DNA of 59,127 bases from an uncultured Enterobacteriaceae bacterium (GTDB taxonomy: Bacteria; Pseudomonadota; Gammaproteobacteria; Ga0077536): assembly GCA_964523765.1 (NCBI GenBank), contig CAZFZX010000007.1, forward strand, positions 1 to 59,127. Reading direction: 5' to 3'. How positions within the stretch are numbered: position 1 is the stretch's first letter; every line of letters begins with the position of its first letter. The notes beneath the pieces are model-generated. The model saw nothing but the letters and a program-made list of their open reading frames with translations, ran no database searches and was not told where the DNA came from. The position numbers were made by a program, and so were the translations under genes. Below are positions 56,394 to 59,127 of the stretch, piece after piece.

Positions 56394-56783
56394 GTGACGA
56401 CAGCACCAAACGGAAGCCTTGAAACATTCCCCAATCCGAAACCCGAGCGTGATTACACCATCCGCATCGAGTTGCCCGAATTTACCTGTTTGTGCCCATT
56501 AACCGGGCAGCCCGATTTCGCCAGTATTCTGTTGGAGTATGTCCCGGCCGAGAGTTGCATCGAACTCAAGGCGCTGAAGCTCTACATAGGGTCGTACCGC
56601 GATCAGGGTGCTTTTCACGAAGCGATCACGAACCGGATCCTCGACGACGTCGTCGTTGCTTGCCAACCTCGGTTCGCTCGGATAACAGCCGAATTTAACG
56701 TCCGCGGCGGCACCTATCCCACTGTCACCGCTGAGTTCGTGGCCCCCGGCTGGCAGGCCGCCCCGTTGGTGCAGTTGCCGTGA
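56394..56783 (+). CDS. queF: preQ0 reductase QueF (short, single-domain type)
   Basis: [44 protein letters not shown]. Confidence 0.95.
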   Translation: MTTAPNGSLETFPNPKPERDYTIRIELPEFTCLCPLTGQPDFASILLEYVPAESCIELKALKLYIGSYRDQGAFHEAITNRILDDVVVACQPRFARITAEFNVRGGTYPTVTAEFVAPGWQAAPLVQLP

Positions 56784-57520
56784 CGGCGCATGAGCAAACG
56801 AATCGGTTGCGGGTCGGTGCCGGCTACGTTTGGCGGGGAATCCTGTTGATCCGTGAACCCAAGATCAGATTGTTCGTCCTCACCCCGCTGTTCGTCAATA
56901 TCGTGCTTTTCTCGGCTGGGGTGTTCTGCTTCGTCGCAGGGATCGATTACGTCATGGATGAGTTTTTACCGAGTTGGCTCGACTGGCTTCGCTACCTGCT
57001 GTGGCCTTTGTTTGCCGTGGCCGCCCTGCTGATCGTATTTTACGGGTTCACGATTCTAGCAAATCTGATCGCGAGCCCCTTCAACGGTCTATTGGCGGCC
57101 GCGGTCGAACGGCACCTAACCGGACGGACCGACGAGGTTCCCTTCAGTTGGGCGACCGTCGGGGCCGAAATTGCTCGTACGATCGGCGCGGAGATACGAA
57201 AACTCGTCTATTTCCTGCTGTGGGCGATCCCCTGTCTGTTGCTGTTTATCGTCCCGGGCATCAACCTGGTTGCCGCGCCCCTGTGGTTCCTGTTCGGCGC
57301 CTGGATGATGGCCATTGAATACGTCGATTGTCCGCTCGGGAATCACGGTCAGCCGTTCCCGGCAGTCAAAGCCAGGCTGCAGACGCGGCGCAAACTGGCG
57401 CTTGGGTTCGGTGGCACGATCATGGCAATGACGATGATTCCGATCGTCAATTTCATTGCCATGCCAGTCGGTGTGGCGGCGGCGACGGCACTCTACGTCG
57501 ATGAATTCACCGACGAATAG
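56780..57520 (+). CDS. cysZ: CysZ / EI24-family membrane protein
   Basis: [50 protein letters not shown]. Confidence 0.9.
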   Translation: MTAHEQTNRLRVGAGYVWRGILLIREPKIRLFVLTPLFVNIVLFSAGVFCFVAGIDYVMDEFLPSWLDWLRYLLWPLFAVAALLIVFYGFTILANLIASPFNGLLAAAVERHLTGRTDEVPFSWATVGAEIARTIGAEIRKLVYFLLWAIPCLLLFIVPGINLVAAPLWFLFGAWMMAIEYVDCPLGNHGQPFPAVKARLQTRRKLALGFGGTIMAMTMIPIVNFIAMPVGVAAATALYVDEFTDE

Positions 57521-57546
57521 AATAGTCCGTTGATATAAGCTGCGTC

Positions 57547-58467
57547 GTGTCAGACGGTCATTGTGCTACGGGCTATATCGGCCGATTTGCCCCGTCTCCG
57601 ACCGGACCATTACACTTCGGTTCGGCCGTTGCGGCTGTGGCGAGCTTTCTCCAGGCGCGTGCGCAGGCCGGACTTTGGCACATTCGTATCGAGGACATCG
57701 ACCCGCCGCGCGAGCAAGCGGGCGCGGGCGCGGCGATCCTCGATGCGCTAGAGGCCTTGGGGCTCGAATGGGATGGCCCGGTAACTTTTCAGAGTCGGCG
57801 CAGCGGTGCGTACGATGAGGCGCTAGCTCAACTAGATGCTGCCGCTTTGACTTTCCCCTGCGCGTGCACCCGCAAACAACTCGCCAGTGGCCGATACCCC
57901 GGAACGTGTCGCACAGGCGTCGCTCCGGGACGATTCGGGCGCTCCGTGCGTTTACGGGTCGAGGCGGGCGAACTCCGTTTCGAAGACGACGTGCAGGGCG
58001 AATACCGACAGGACCTCGGCGACGAAGTCGGCGACTTCGTAGTTCGACGCGCCGACGGCCTGTACTCTTATCATCTTGCCGTTGTCGTTGACGACGCCGC
58101 CGCTGGGGTAACCGAGATCGTGCGTGGCGTCGACCTGATCGAGTCAACGCCACGGCAGATCTATCTGCAAACGGCGTTGGGACTCGAGACTCCCGCTTAC
58201 GCACACTTTCCTGTCGTACTGAACGCGGCCGGTACCAAGTTGAGTAAACAGACCTTCGCCAAACCGATCGACGTCGGCGCACCATCGAAAGTACTGTTTG
58301 AAACACTCTGCTTCCTGCGCCAAGAACCGCCGAGGGTCCTTTTGGACGCTCGGCCCGAAGAGATCATCGAGTGGGCCATAGCGCATTGGGATCTGCGAGC
58401 AGTCGGTCGTCTATCCCACGCCCACAGCGTTAGCGGGCGCGATGCGGGCTTAGGGAACGGCCTCTAG
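57547..58467 (+). CDS. gluQ: glutamyl-queuosine tRNA(Asp) synthetase
   Basis: YIGRFAPSPTGPLHFGS, RIEDIDPPRE, YPGTCR, YHLAVVVDD, KLSKQ; no anticodon-binding domain. Confidence 0.93.
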   Translation: MSDGHCATGYIGRFAPSPTGPLHFGSAVAAVASFLQARAQAGLWHIRIEDIDPPREQAGAGAAILDALEALGLEWDGPVTFQSRRSGAYDEALAQLDAAALTFPCACTRKQLASGRYPGTCRTGVAPGRFGRSVRLRVEAGELRFEDDVQGEYRQDLGDEVGDFVVRRADGLYSYHLAVVVDDAAAGVTEIVRGVDLIESTPRQIYLQTALGLETPAYAHFPVVLNAAGTKLSKQTFAKPIDVGAPSKVLFETLCFLRQEPPRVLLDARPEEIIEWAIAHWDLRAVGRLSHAHSVSGRDAGLGNGL

Positions 58468-59049
58468 AGCGTTCTGGAGGTCGGCGTAGCTCCGCACGAC
58501 CGCGAAATCCGGGTAGTCGGCGACGACGTTGTCCGGCGGACGAAACAGGATCCCGAAATCGGCTTCCTCCAGCATCGACATGTCGTTGTACGAATCGCCG
58601 ACCGCGAGAACTTTGTAGTGTAGTGACTTGAAAGCCTTGACTGACGCGCGTTTCGGATCGGGTTGACGCAGGCGGTAACCGGCTATACGGTCATCTGAAT
58701 CGATCTCGAGCCGGTGACATAACAGCATCGGGTAACCGAGCTTGCGTACCAGTGGACCGGCCAGCTCGTAGAAGGTGTCTGAAAGGATGGCGACCTGAAA
58801 TTTGGAACGCAGACGGTCCAAGAAATCTGCCGCCCCGGCGAAAGGCTCGAGCGAATCGGCCGCTGCCTGAATATCAGCGAAACGAAGCCCGTGTTGGCGC
58901 ATGAGACGCAGCCGGCAGGTCATCAACTCATCGTAATCGGGGATGTCGCGCGTGGTTAGCTTGAATTCCTCTATACTCGTCCGTTCCGCCAGATCGATCC
59001 AGATCTCGGGCACCAATACACCTTCAAAATCCAAACATGCTATGTTCAT
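58450..59049 (-). CDS. thrH: phosphoserine phosphatase / homoserine phosphotransferase ThrH
   Basis: IACLDFEGVLVPEIWI, TTRDIPDYDELM, ILSDTFYE, GDSYND. Confidence 0.93.
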   Translation of the reverse strand: MNIACLDFEGVLVPEIWIDLAERTSIEEFKLTTRDIPDYDELMTCRLRLMRQHGLRFADIQAAADSLEPFAGAADFLDRLRSKFQVAILSDTFYELAGPLVRKLGYPMLLCHRLEIDSDDRIAGYRLRQPDPKRASVKAFKSLHYKVLAVGDSYNDMSMLEEADFGILFRPPDNVVADYPDFAVVRSYADLQNALEAVP

Positions 59050-59127
59050 AGAGGTAACTAATTCTCTCGCAGCGGCTAAATAACGGAGCAGAAATACTGA
59101 GCAGTTAAATTGAACTCGGGTGGTCCC

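Noticed and set aside
56117-56434. 106-aa N-terminal extension of SMC in the ORF track
   Set aside because: It runs through the AT-rich promoter and overlaps queF; the conserved SMC N-terminus begins at ATG 56116.
58450-58467. Convergent 3' overlap of gluQ and thrH (also maf/sppA at 27890-27893)
   Set aside because: Short tail-to-tail overlaps are common in compact GC-rich genomes.

Overview
High-GC (roughly 60% by eye) chromosomal segment of a gammaproteobacterium. I found no rRNA, tRNA, CRISPR array, integrase or transposase. From about 17 kb onward it is mostly conserved core genome: yceD-rpmF-plsX-fabD-fabG-acpP-fabF-pabC-mltG-tmk-holB-pilZ-tatD (no fabH); maf; rluC-HAD-S49 peptidase; rne; rpoE-rseA-rseB-degP/mucD-lepA-lepB-DUF4845-rnc-era-recO-pdxJ-acpS-prfC; nadB-yciK; a GGDEF cyclase with a sigma54-type promoter; smc-zipA-ligA; queF-cysZ-gluQ; thrH. 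The first 17 kb is more accessory: omega-class GST (YqjG), YgiQ radical SAM, PPOX-like flavin/F420 protein, persulfide dioxygenase-rhodanese fusion, APH-family kinase, exported SurE, thiolase, glycine-zipper protein, a probable chimeric gene scar, ACAD11/LvaC-like dehydrogenase with divergent LysR, GT-C-like membrane protein, RecQ and a VOC protein. I cannot demonstrate a complete new multi-gene system. Best leads: (1) an NAD-dependent LigA whose C4 zinc finger is replaced by an 8-residue linker; (2) a 33-bp AT-rich motif (29/33 identical) found twice, upstream of the recQ-containing and smc-zipA-ligA gene runs; (3) a multi-stem RNA-like element with a C-rich loop at 8837-8942; (4) a dispersed kinase + ACAD + thiolase set resembling LvaA/C/D (ACAD10/11) chemistry, with an exported SurE beside the kinase. 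All family calls come from motif recognition by eye, not database searches.
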